Assembly (NCBI GenBank): GCA_030704615.1 | Contig: CM060731.1 | Span: 95,728,001 to 95,792,000 of the forward strand | Source: Takakia lepidozioides | Lineage: Eukaryota; Plantae; Bryophyta | Length of the DNA stretch: 64,000 nucleotides | Direction of reading: 5' to 3' | In this document: positions 36,801 to 48,299 of the stretch, piece by piece | Layout: every line of letters begins with the position of its first letter | Numbering within the stretch: position 1 is the first letter of the stretch | Translations under genes and position numbers: made by a program | Notes under the pieces: generated by a model | Database searches by the model: none | What the model saw: only the letters and a program-made list of their open reading frames with translations | Told to the model about the DNA's origin: nothing

Positions 36801-39273
36801 GTTTTATTTTTACTCGGATCAGACATGTCGCTTATAAAACATCCTCCCCTTCTTACACGCTATATTGCTTGCAGGCATGGAGGGGGAAGGAATCTTGGGT
36901 GAATGGTGCACATAAACCGTTTGCTTCGGAGATGGTTATTGTGGACATTCCGGACGGGCATCCAGTCCCGAATATTCTGCCCAGTGACACCTGCCCAACA
37001 TGGAACAAATTTGACGAGAGGTATTGGAGTTGGGTGTTTTCCTTTTGCAAGTTTTTCCTTTCCGATGGAGGGGTTCTTGTTATCATACAATCTGTCACGA
37101 TGAGATGTTGTCGGGAGCTGGCAAGCTACTTGAAAGCTTCGGGGATGCAGATTATCAAGACCTGGAACTGTGTCAACAGCCTATATCTGACGAAGGGGGA
37201 TTGCCCAGGGCAGAAGGTACGTTTCAAATACTTCATTTTTATGCCTTCTCTGTTGAAGTTCCTCTGTACTGACTGTTATGAAGTCATGCTGTTCGCACTG
37301 CCTGAATTGAGTGCTTCAGCGCACTCAGTTATGGCGGTGCATGAGCAATGACTCTGAACCCGTTCCATCCGGAATGGGTCTGCACTCCCACCCACATGTG
37401 CTATGAAACATTCCTCACTAATTATTGACCTCTTCATCGCAGACCCGTCTATTTGAGGCCGTCTGTCTCGTGAGGGTACATCCACTATCGACTCCCACCA
37501 CAGTGGTGGAGTTCGAGCTTCATGGGTGAGGATGTTTCATAAACGAGAGGTTCGATCCTGTCGTCGACGACATGCACTACAATTATGTGGACTCCAACAT
37601 ATGTTTGCGAAAGCCAAATGGAACGCCTTGGAGAGGGGCCCGTGAAAAAAGCCCGGCTTTTATCCAAACGATCATTGAGAGTTGTTCTCGGCCAGGGGCC
37701 CGCATCATAGATGTCACTCTCGGCACATGTTTCTCTTCTTGCCTTTGTCATCGATTTCTTTTCTTCTGCACCTTCTTTACTCAATATTCTAAAACTCTAA
37801 TTCCATCATTTTGTCTCTTGCAAGCGCTTCTTACCATGCTTGCAAGGCAGGTGGTAGGCACTTGTTTGGTATGGAAGGAGATGCAAATATTTTCACTGGC
37901 CTACTCGCCAAGTTGCAAGGGGGCTCGTCTACCTCCAATGTGAAGGATGTCACTGCGCAAATTGATATCCTCGACGGAGATGACAAGGACCTGGACAATG
38001 ACTTTTCATGTGAGTAAGTTCATTTTCTGTCTATTTCATCCCTGTGTATATTCTCTGTCGCGTCCCCTTCTGTTATCTGATTATTACCCAAATGATGCAT
38101 TCTTGATTGCAGGAATGTGAACGCATTCCCGTGGCCCCTGTCTTCCATATACTTGAGGGACTTGTGCTGGAGCCCACCTCCTAATTATGTCCTTCCCGAC
38201 TACGCGGAAGGCATTGCTCGTGTGCAAGCAGCTGTGCTTTCTCCCCCACCCTTGCGTTGGAGTTCCAGGAAGACGCCCAGGCACCTCCACGCAAAGGTCT
38301 TCATAGATGATAGTGCAGCAGTTTCAGGTGGTAGCAGTACTTCTAGCAGTTCAGCAGATTCAGGTGGTAGCAGTAGCAGTGTTGACACCACCTACGGATG
38401 TACTTGAGGGCATTCATTTATGGAACATGAGGGGACACACTCTCCGTTTTCCGTTGCACCACCATTTCTCTTCCCACCATCCGTTGTAATGAGCACGGAC
38501 TACAATGAAATTCACATTTCATACAGAACTTCTAAGGAGACAGTTAAAGTCAGGTATGAAACACCCCCTACTGGGTTTTATCATATGCTTTCACATAAAC
38601 CCCTTAGAGATTCATTCTTTTGACCTTCATTGCTTGTGGAAGACCAGCTTGCAACATGTCTGATTTGAGCAGATCGCATGAGTTCTCCAGTAATGCATAT
38701 CGAAATACACAAAAAGGTAGGCAGACTTGGCTTAGGGTTTGAAACCTCAAAAAAGTAACAACCAGCCTAACATCGATTGTGCAGCAAATGTTCTGGCCCT
38801 GGTGTTGACAGTTCCTGAAGGCTCTCTATCTCTAGGCAGGATGCTTGTAACCAAACAACTACATGGACAGCAGATTCAAACAGCCTAAAACCAGGAGTTA
38901 ACCCTGCTTATGAGAGTTCATTCACTACTTCAAAGAGATAGGACTCAATGAGATGTGCAAGAACCATGTACTGGCAGAAAAAACACTCCCCTTTGGCTTG
39001 CCATTGTCCAATAGTTGGTGTAAGAACGGCGTAAACTGGCATGCAAAGATGCTGCCATTCCTACACGGTCATCATCACTAGGTGTCTCCAGGATCTTGGA
39101 AAGCATCTCGTCATGTTACTCGATATCTCCTGAAGTAATCATGCAAATGACTCCCAAAGAATCTCCTTTGTTTTGTAGTTGCCTAGAAATCATTTACGAT
39201 TTGTGACAAGAAACGAAGTACAAATTCGTTCAAGTTCACATGAAATAAAATCATGAAATCCTCACCGAAATTC

Positions 39274-39938
39274 AACTTTGCGTTGACGCAAGGTTGATAA
39301 GAGCAAACAGAAAGTGAAATCAAAACTGCCTCACGTCAGACCAAGTTCATATTCAATCAAGCCGATATGAAATGAAATCCTGTCTAGGGCAACCATCAAT
39401 CAACCTTGCGTTGACGCAACCTTGAAACACACATACATAATGAAACATAGGAGAATCAATCTCAAGTTCTCCAAATCAACCTTGTGTTGACACAAGGTTG
39501 ATTTCAATTCTACGAAATCAACCTGGTGTTGACACGAGGTTGATTTCAGTTCTGCGAAATCAACCTGGTGTTGACACGAGGTTGATTTCAGTTCTGCGAA
39601 ATCAACCTGGTGTTGACACGAGGTTGATTTCAGTTCTAGGAAATCAACCTCGTGTTGACACAAGGTTGATTTCAGTTCTAGGAAATCAACCTCGTGTTGA
39701 CACAAGGTTGATCTCTGCGGACGCCCTAAACCCTTAACCCATCTCACCTTCAGATGGTGAAATCCCACAGTTATAGGCTCCACGGTTATAGGCCCACCTT
39801 CTTTGTGGTGATGTGGCACGACCTTGGGTGGGCTCACGCCACGTCAACACCAGTGCCACATTAGTGCTGTGAGCGTAGGCTCACGCCACATCACCAATGT
39901 GTGAGCGTACGCTCACACGCCAGGCTCATGCGGTAGCG
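39274..39938. repeat. Subterminal-type repeat block: ~42-bp palindromic tandem repeat plus GTGAGCGTACGCTCAC palindrome
   Basis: About 6 units of AAATCAACCT-GGTGTTGACACG-AGGTTGATTT-CAGTTCTGCG at 39473-39711, isolated cores near 39274 and 39400, and a perfect palindrome at 39901-39916. Confidence 0.85.
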
Positions 39939-40829
39939 TCGTTGTTTTCATCCATGAAAGTGCTTATTATGTCCCCAGTATATCCCCGATAAATTTGTAG
40001 AGAGCAAGTTTTATTACCTATGGGATTTGACCCCTGGACTACACAGGATGAATATTTAAACCAAGAACAACCATATATGGTTTTTTTCCTGGATGTTGGG
40101 ATCTCATACAGGGTTCAATCTATTTTTCATCCCTAGAGTTTCCTGGCTTAACTGAAAGCAGGTTGTCTCACCTTGCTGGCGGACTAACCTTACATTTCTA
40201 TGATTATATGTCAAGGACTCGTGTACCATTCAGGTACAACGAACTTATCTAGTCATGATAACTCCTACAAAGAGTATTTGGGACATGAAGTCCCATAATG
40301 AATCCTGCAGTGGTTTCTTCATTACGGCAGTCTGGGAAATGAGGCGGTTACCCTAAGCCTTCCCGTGCTTTACTCGGAGGAAATATGGTAAAGACTACCT
40401 ACACACAACAGGGGAGGTACTTGAGTAAGTGATTATGCAGGGGTCTTTGAAAAAAGATTGGGAGTTCTTTTGATTGATTGCTTCTGGAGACAAGCTATTT
40501 TCTGAGGGCCTTGTGGAGGCAAACATGAGCGGTTTGTCATGACTGCTTCGAGAGTGGCTATGTAAGATGCCAAATTGGTGTCAGAAGCCTTCCTCTCTGA
40601 TCATTGATGATGAAGACACAAAGATCGAGTTGTTGTTTGTACAAGATGTGCTACCATACCTCGTTGAGATTGCAGAAAGGCGATGCCATATGTCACCATA
40701 TCTAGAATTGCAAGAATTCTCTGGACAAATGGCCTGGCAGTAACACGATCCAGCAAAGGTCGACAATCTCTCTGTACACGGGGTGCTATCATACTTAGTT
40801 GAGATTGCAGAAAGGCCGCGATGCCATTT

Positions 40830-41300
40830 GTCACCATCTCTGGTGTTGCAGAAACCTATGCATACAAACCTTGTCAACTGCAAGCAGCTGTTCACCCGAG
40901 GAGCTGTGAGGGCACCTTTGTGGGTGATAGATTGGTGTTGTTTGATGAACTTTCAAGGGGAATCTGAGCAAGCCGACTGATCTCCTGCAATGAACTTTTC
41001 TACTCGATCCCATGGAACAAATGCGACATCGGCTGTGATACAATCAGTCACACCTCCGTGCCATTGGGACCTCCACGTCAATACATGGTGTGTGAAAGGG
41101 CCTGAAGAAGGGGTCTGCACCGCCCTTCGCAATTGTGCGACTAGGCAAGGAACAACGTCGTCTCCCGGGGGGTCGGTGGCCATGCATGCACTACACAGGT
41201 CTGCAATCGATGAAACAGAAGAAAAATGTACGTATTTGAGGCCATGGTGCAATACAATAGTGTCAAAGGCAAGAGTCGTGTTTCATGACGTCAATGCAGA
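40830..41300 (-). pseudogene. Possible N-terminal fragment of a plant MULE-derived/SWIM-type protein
   Basis: LTW…DVAFVPWDRVEKFIAGD resembles the N-terminal motif of that family from memory; heavily degraded. Confidence 0.3.
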
Positions 41301-41502
41301 CTCCTGAGGGCGGGTACAACCACCGTCTTTTTGCACATTGAAATTTGAAATTTGAATTTCAAATACCTTCCATAAATGAGGCATGTATTTTCTGCAATTC
41401 ATGTACACTTGTGTCATGGATGGGATGGATGCATGTATATGAGCATGCAAGCGTGTGGCGAGCATGGGGTGGGTGGCTTCCCAAGGGAAGGCAGGGCTGG
41501 GG

Positions 41503-41709
41503 TGTTGTCAAAGCATTCATATAGGGCCCACCCCAGTAAAGGGGTGGTAGCCGCAAGGCAAAGTGGCTCTTAATTACGCCGGCTTCGGCCGGAGTCATCT
41601 CTCTCTCTCTCTTCTCTCTCTGCATTCATTCAACTCCCCGGGCACTTCTAGTGCTTGCCCATACCCTAACCCGCCGGGTGCTCAGGGTTAGGACCAGACC
41701 CGCACAACA
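41503..41709 (+). mobile_element. Short (~207 bp) 3' LTR-like unit with preceding PPT
   Basis: TGTTGT…ACAACA terminal inverted repeat, with purine-rich AAGGGAAGGCAGGGCTGGGG immediately upstream. Confidence 0.45.
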
Positions 41710-42559
41710 CCGATATCCTCCCAACATTGGTTCAAACTACACGTTAGATGTCATAAAATGTCAAACTTCCTGCCAAAAGGCAGTAGTCCTAAGAGGTACA
41801 GAGTTTGAAGTCAAGGGTGAAAAAGAGCTCTAGGCATTTGCGGGTGGATTGTTCTTAGGCCAAAAAGACCTGCTCTCTGTGTATATTCATACCTGCCATT
41901 GCTTCAACTATTGAATCTCCGAAGGCCTATACTTCCACTGTTCCAAATCAATCACTGAATCTGGTAAGTTCTTCCTCATGTCAATCCACTCTATTAAGAC
42001 TGGTGACTGGGATTTGCAATCTCTGAAAGCAGGTTGTTGAGTACTGGCACATTTCTACACCCACTTGATTGAAACTGTTGCCCACTTCGCTTGGGGGTAC
42101 TGCTCAAATCCTCCGACATTGGTGGTGCTAATTCAATACCACAAGTGGTTTAAAATTAATATCATCACAGCAATAGTTGATCCGTAATCAGATTCATGCA
42201 AGTTGGGCTTTGCACACTTCCGTCCAAGCTCAGATATGCTCCATGCTCCTTAGCTGACATATATAACATATTGCCACCCGGCTCAACCTTCACAGGTGCT
42301 ACCATTCGTTTTCAACTCTATATTCCAATAACGACAACAAAAATCAAATGCATTCGTGCATGAGTTAAAACAACAGGGCCACACTGCCCTTCTGTATAAT
42401 ATGGAGAGACACAAACCTTTCATGTTCCATTTTGTCAGAAGGTTACCCTTGCAACTCATGGTCAAGTGCTCCTCTGGAAAAACGCAAACCTCTGGCCAGC
42501 CCAAGTAGGAAGGGGGGGGGGGGGGGGGGCGGGGGGGGCGCAATATGCAGTGAGGTACC

Positions 42560-45142
42560 CTAGAGTGAAGCTTGAGGATCCAAGCCATGCACACGGATGC
42601 GATAAAGACAGGTGTGTAAAGGACTCCCATGATTGGATAGCACATGCAGGCGTACCATGTTTATCAACTCTCCACCCACATCCTCCTCTGCCAATGGAAA
42701 AGTCTGCACAGTTGCACCCTGCACATCATATGTGAATTCCCCTAACAGCCTCTGCTCTGTTGGATGGGCCACCCGACCAGCAGGTTGGCGGAGCTCACGC
42801 CACGCTAACACACGAAACTCCCTGGGTGCACTTTTGACATCATAGCCTACACTCTGCACAATACAATCCCCACCATTTCAGTGGCTCTCAGACTATAGTC
42901 ATGGTGGAAGTCATCAAGTCCACATTTGTTATGGAAACCTCTGCAGTCAAATGTACCCTGACAGACCCAGCAACCACTGCCAAGGACAAGCCCTGGATAG
43001 GAGCAAGTACCAGAGAGACTTTAGCAGTCGAGTTTTCCATGAAGAGATGATACTTCAAGACCTAGATTCTTGCCTGACAATTTCAAACATCATTACAGGC
43101 TTGGCTTTAACCAGTATTTGCTTTCTACCATATGGAACAGGATGTAAGAAAGCCTGATGGTTCCATAAGGGTGGCTCCAAGGAACCTTTCGAAGTGGGGC
43201 AGGAGAATGATACTCTCTAATTCCACACCTAATCATTTGTCTCTATCCGAAGCAGCTCCAAACGAGTGCTCGGAACCAGGAGATACCCCCGGTCATCTGG
43301 CCCTTGGTAAAAATCTTGGAGTCTGAAAAAATTGAAGTGGATTCGTTGCTACAGTGACCCATTTTTGGACCCCTACAAAGCTTTGCCCTGGACCCTGAGC
43401 ACTTGTATTCTGTACTTGTATTTACTTCAGGTCATGAGCAGCTTTGCCATGATACATCGACAGCAAAATTAAACTTAAGCTGTGACTAAATATATGAAGA
43501 GTCATGGGTGAAACAGCACTGGTTTCAATAAAACTGTGTCTGTCAAATAAACATCACAAGGCTTCTGCACCTTAGAATGAAATGCAAAAAGCATCCAACC
43601 TGGATTGCTCAGAAATGCTTTAATGTCACCGAGTGATGACAAAGAATTTTCAGAGACACTGAAGGCAACAAGTGACAAAAGATCTAGTCTACAAGATTGA
43701 CATGCCATGGGAGAATACCAGCGCTTACCTTGGACACATGCTCAAGGGTGAGGGAATCAGGAATAATAGCAGTCCGCAGTGAGATTTCCACAAACACATT
43801 GCTTCCTTTCAAAGGAAGGCACTGGCCAGGCTCTCCAAAACTTGGCTCCAACACCTTCTTCGCCATAGGATGCTTCCGCGAAGTTCCAGGAAGCAAACTG
43901 AGTGCCAAGACACTCCACTCTTCCCCTCTACCCAAATAATAACCTTCCGAATGTTCGACAACTCTACCCCCTCCGCTACCCAAAGCGTAATCAGCTCTCC
44001 CAATCCCATCTGCTGAATGCTTTTCCAGCTCTGTTAGCACAATCTGCCTAGCTACTGCTCGCACATCATCTAAACTGAGGGTTTTCCCTCCACTCTCCAC
44101 TGCACGCCTATCCACAATTGTCCTCATGAGTTCTAATGCTTCATTCCTGTTTAATGGACCACCATTTCCATACAGCATGTCAACTTGGACCTTCATACTG
44201 CGCAGATCAGTTCCCAGACTTGCAATTTGGGAGTCAACCTTTTGCTTCACCTCATTTCTTAAGTCTCGCACCTCCTTCCCTATCTTCATGTCCACCACCT
44301 CCAGTTGGACCTGCAAAAAATTGTTTTAGATTAGTGGAGCTTCGCAATCGGACTTAGAAAAGATGTTATTGATAATATTCCTCTCACAGATACGACTTAT
44401 CAGACAGTGCCCAAGTCCCAGGCTAAGCCACCGCAATCACAGGCAATGCTGCCCATCCCACAAGGAAGAAGTGGTAGTCATGGTAGCCGAGCCATTGAGC
44501 CCTGTCCAACTTCCAACATTAAAGGACTCCATAAAAAGCACTGACCTGCATCCATTTCGTAGTTTTCGTCACAAAATCCTCCAATCTCTCCACCTCGGAA
44601 GCAGACTTTGAATACGGCAAATGAGGATGGACTTTGAGACTCCAGAGGGTTGTTCCCAGGCCTGCTACAATAACAAAAAGAAGAAACAAACGAGAGAAAA
44701 GGTGGCCCACAACATCCCAAATTGATCGCGGCCTGTCTTTACCAACGGCAGACCCTTTCTGCACTGAGTGTTTGAATGTCTTTGGCTTGACTGCTGGAGG
44801 AAGTTGACCAGCTTCCGTATCTGCACCGAAAATAGACTTTTGTACGGCTGGCTCCACCCGTGAAGTTTCCAACTGCATTTCTCCATCCAAAGCTCTCAAA
44901 TCTCTAGACAATGCGACGTCTCCACTAGCCTCTCCTGTAAATTTAGGCTTGGCCAGATCTCTTGAGCGCCGTGTTCGCGTAGTCGTCGCAAGAAAAGGGT
45001 TTTCTATTAAGGATTCAGTAGCTTCGGAAGCGCCTCTTGACGAAGTAACGCGCTTTCGAGGCTTTGCAATGCCTGGCACTGCCTTTTCGGTGGTGAGGCC
45101 TCCTGTAGTAGCATTTGCTGCAGAAGGTGGAGCTGCAGACAT
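42560..45142 (-). CDS. SUN1: C-terminal SUN-domain nuclear envelope protein (SUN1/SUN2-like), 3 exons, ~490 aa
   Basis: Exons 45142-44546, 44310-43729 and 42853-42560 with GT-AG phase-0 introns. TM segment LFLLFVIVAGLG and coiled coil. SUN motifs DYALGSGGGRVV, EPSFGEPGQCLPLKG, TLEHVSK, SAPREF, SNHGSPLHTCLYRIRVHG. Confidence 0.93.
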
Positions 45143-45488
45143 GTTGAACCTCGATGTTCCCTGTTCTCTGGAATTCGGTACTTCAATATGTGGGGATGTC
45201 CATCTTTGACAGATGGTTCAGTCTGTTAACCTAATTGAAGATATCCTACGCTGACCTGATAATGATAAAATGTCAAGTTCTCACACAGTCGCTCCCTCAA
45301 ACTCACTTTCATCATTAGGAATAGAACCAAGTCTAATTAGAAGTTCTGAATAATCCACGCGGGATTCCAAGAGAGGGCCTAAACTACCTGGACCGTCAGC
45401 ACATTTGTTGTACGTAAACAAGATAATGGGATGCACATCAAATCCACCAAATGGAAAAAGGAGTACATGTCTGTCCGTGTGTATGTGT

Positions 45489-45512
45489 AGAGAGAGAGAG
45501 AGAGAGAGAGAG
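45489..45512. repeat. (GA)n microsatellite in the SUN 5' region
   Basis: AG dinucleotide run. Confidence 0.9.
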
Positions 45513-47834
45513 GCACTGGAAGCATGAGGAGTCTCAACCAGCACAACAAGAACCCGGTCTGAATACCACCGACTCACTAGGTGCAGCAGAAAAAGAAATA
45601 CATAGGCAACTACCAGCCGCAAGTCCGCAGTCACATGAGGAGTATCGATCACCCCGCCATTTCTTCTTCCAGAAAGACGGTCGTACACCTACCCACCTGC
45701 GACCTTGAGTCCTCCCCTGCGTAGATGTACACCCTCTTGTACAACGCACGAGGGCGCGGGCCCGGGCCAGCGGATCAGCCTGGTGGGACCCAGCGGATGT
45801 GGGGACGGACATCCGCCGTGACCACAGACATGGGCGGATGAGCTCATCCGCAGGGTGAACGGCCGGAAAAATTCACCGCAGCATGCCGGTCGTCTCTTTC
45901 CTTTCCACGACACTCATAGCAAGCTTTACAACAGGGAGTGTTAATGCATACCAACTCTATATAACACACTTTCATTTCTTTGTCACTCCTTCCAGATTAA
46001 ATATTCAAAAATCAAAAAAGCTTGTAGCATAAATCAGGTTCCTTACCAAAAAATGGAGAAGCCTGTCATTAGAAAGGTCATTTTGCTATGGATGCTCATG
46101 TCTGTGACCTTAGGGAATTGTTTGATGGTCAAATCAAAGTGGAGACTTGTTTTGGGAGAGAATGAGCAATCGTTGGGATATCTGCCTACACGCATGTGGT
46201 GGAAGGAGCCCATAGAGTATACACCCGGCAACAAGCTAACACATTGTTTTACATAAAAATGACTTTTATTTTAATGTAACAGATAATTTTAATTATGCTT
46301 ATTTTATTTGGTGGACCCACTTCCAAAGCGTAGCGACCGAGCTGGGCAGATATCCCTATGAGTGTGGTGAGTCGTTGTTAGTGGCGGATCCGCGACCTTT
46401 TCAAGCTGATCCACCACATTTTTTCTCCGTGTGCATAGGACTTGTGGTGTGAAAAGACGGACCTACGCAAAAGCCCAAGTTACTAACTTTTTACCCTCTC
46501 ACATTCATATCCCGACACCTGCTGCCCCCCAGCGGAAGAGAAAATGACACAGGCGCGGGTCGCCGTATGTCAACGAGATAAAGGATTGCATATGCCAGGG
46601 GTATGTCGTTATTGCAGCGGAAGGATCAACACAGGGTGACATGCCCATGGGGTTGTCTTTAAATGCTAGAACTCAGTACGTCACCATTTCATTACGAGGC
46701 CACTGGCTTCGTTCAGTCCCTATCTAATCCCTCACATTTTCTTTTTCCTTTCTCTCTCTCACCCTTTTATCCTTCCCTCATTGCTCCATCATCTAAGTAA
46801 TCCAACAGGAACTAGGCCAGCACCCTAACGCCACCACATTGGTTGATCGTGCACCCAAGAATGTCATGGAATTCCGAACAACACCTGCTGTTACAAAGAA
46901 TAGCAAGTACCCATTACCAATAGCCCTAAGATACAAGCTTCCAAGAACCCAATGCATGATGCAACGAGGTAACTGAGACAAACCAGCGAATGCCTTAGTG
47001 TGCATGAATTAAAACCTCAAAAGTAGAGAGTGAATGCCCACTGCCTAGCTGTAGTGGGTTACAAATCAAGGTCCAGCCATCATAATCCTTCTCTTTTCAG
47101 AGTTGGGCAAATGTCGCCATCACGACACCTTCACATCTCTCATGCATCACCTCTAATGGTCTCAGCTACCATAGTACAGCTCTCTCATCTCCCCAAAACA
47201 GACAGTATGGAAGCGAAGTGCTCCTTCAACTACATCAGAGTCAAGTCTCCTCCTCACTAGCTCTATCCTCATCTCCTCATCTCTCATCTCCAGTTCTCCC
47301 TCCAAAAACATGCGAGAAGCAAAGCTAAGTGCTCGGTGCCACTACTTGACATATATCATAGGAGCCTTATCACACTCATAAAACCTCGCCGCCCTTTCCT
47401 GCTGCTCTCTAGTCATGTTCCAGCTTTGCTGATTCCCGTCAGACACCATACTGACACACAAAACAGGATACAGCCTTTGGGCTGTAAATGCTAACCGCCG
47501 AATATAAAAGAAAGCGTTGCAACACCTCCTTCAAAAACCCTTACGCACACACCTCGTGCTTGAAGCCTTGGAGTGATCACTTCTTCCCTCTCGCGCAGCT
47601 CGCGTCTATGCTAGAGACAAGTAGACTGATAGCCCGAACGTCGCATAGAGGTGCGGAATTCATCTACGGGATTTATCATCCAACAAGGTCATGCAGGATG
47701 ATAACCCACGAACTTCATCTATAGAAATCCACCAACAGATTTCATCAAGGGACTTAGCCAAAAACGCACCCAGGTTGACGTGGAATCTCTATATCCCAGC
47801 ATCATCACCGAGTTCGGCTTGTATGAGCTCGAGT

Positions 47835-48180
47835 GTGCTATTGGAGGTAATTTCACCAAACACAAAAAAGACTTGATCATGTAGAAGAGTTAGAAGACTC
47901 TAAGTACTCAGCCTGCTCAGAACAATTAGTCATGACCTACGACTAGTGTCTCATGGGGGTGTCTTTCTACACTCTACCCTTATGACATTCATGATGAGTG
48001 TATTGAGCCCGTAATGGTTATGGTTATGGTTTAGATTGCTTATACAATCATCTAATCCGGATCTCTACACCTAGCTAGGCATTCCACAGCTTCTCTCTGG
48101 TATCTCTACACAATGTGAGAATAAAGTATGAATCGTATTTATATCTATCAATCGTTAGGCCGAAGCCATAGTTTGTTCCT
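47835..48180 (-). mobile_element. Diverged LTR fragment of the element 1/2/3 family
   Basis: Matches the reverse complement of LTR blocks (CTCTAAGTACTCAGCC…AGTCATGACCTAC…CATGGGGGTGT; TCCACAGCTTC; AGGCCGAAGCCAT). Confidence 0.7.
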
Positions 48181-48299
48181 TAGTCGATTGGAGGTGTACA
48201 TGGAGTACGTGTGCCCATCGGAGCAAGAGTTGCTTTACCTTAAGCGCTATATCGGCGCGCATCTTGGCAATGGACAAAAGAGGAATACAAGAAAGTGAT

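Larger units (their letters stand above)
25710..38407 (+). pseudogene. Spliced ParB/Srx-like domain + beta-class N4C/N6A DNA methyltransferase-like gene, disrupted by element 3
   Basis: The frame joins across TSD AGGGG (…VRPALTGDVSKLEQDFSHGYIEG|SPVFYVS…FHIWDGNHRFMAW; DGNHR at 35098-35112). Motif IV-like VIVDIPDG (36944-36955) precedes motif X/I-like [28 protein letters not shown]…ASYHACKAGGRHLFGMEGD. About 8 exons, with stops and damaged splice sites. Confidence 0.8.

Noticed and set aside
40015-40125. tRNA or SINE from B-box-like GGTCAAATCC / GGTTCAATC
   Set aside because: No A box or cloverleaf could be built.
45406-45912. Solo LTR upstream of SUN (TGTCGTGG…TACAACA on minus)
   Set aside because: No TSD (ACATT vs CTCAT) and no second copy; it is better explained as promoter, 5' UTR and intron with a CT repeat.
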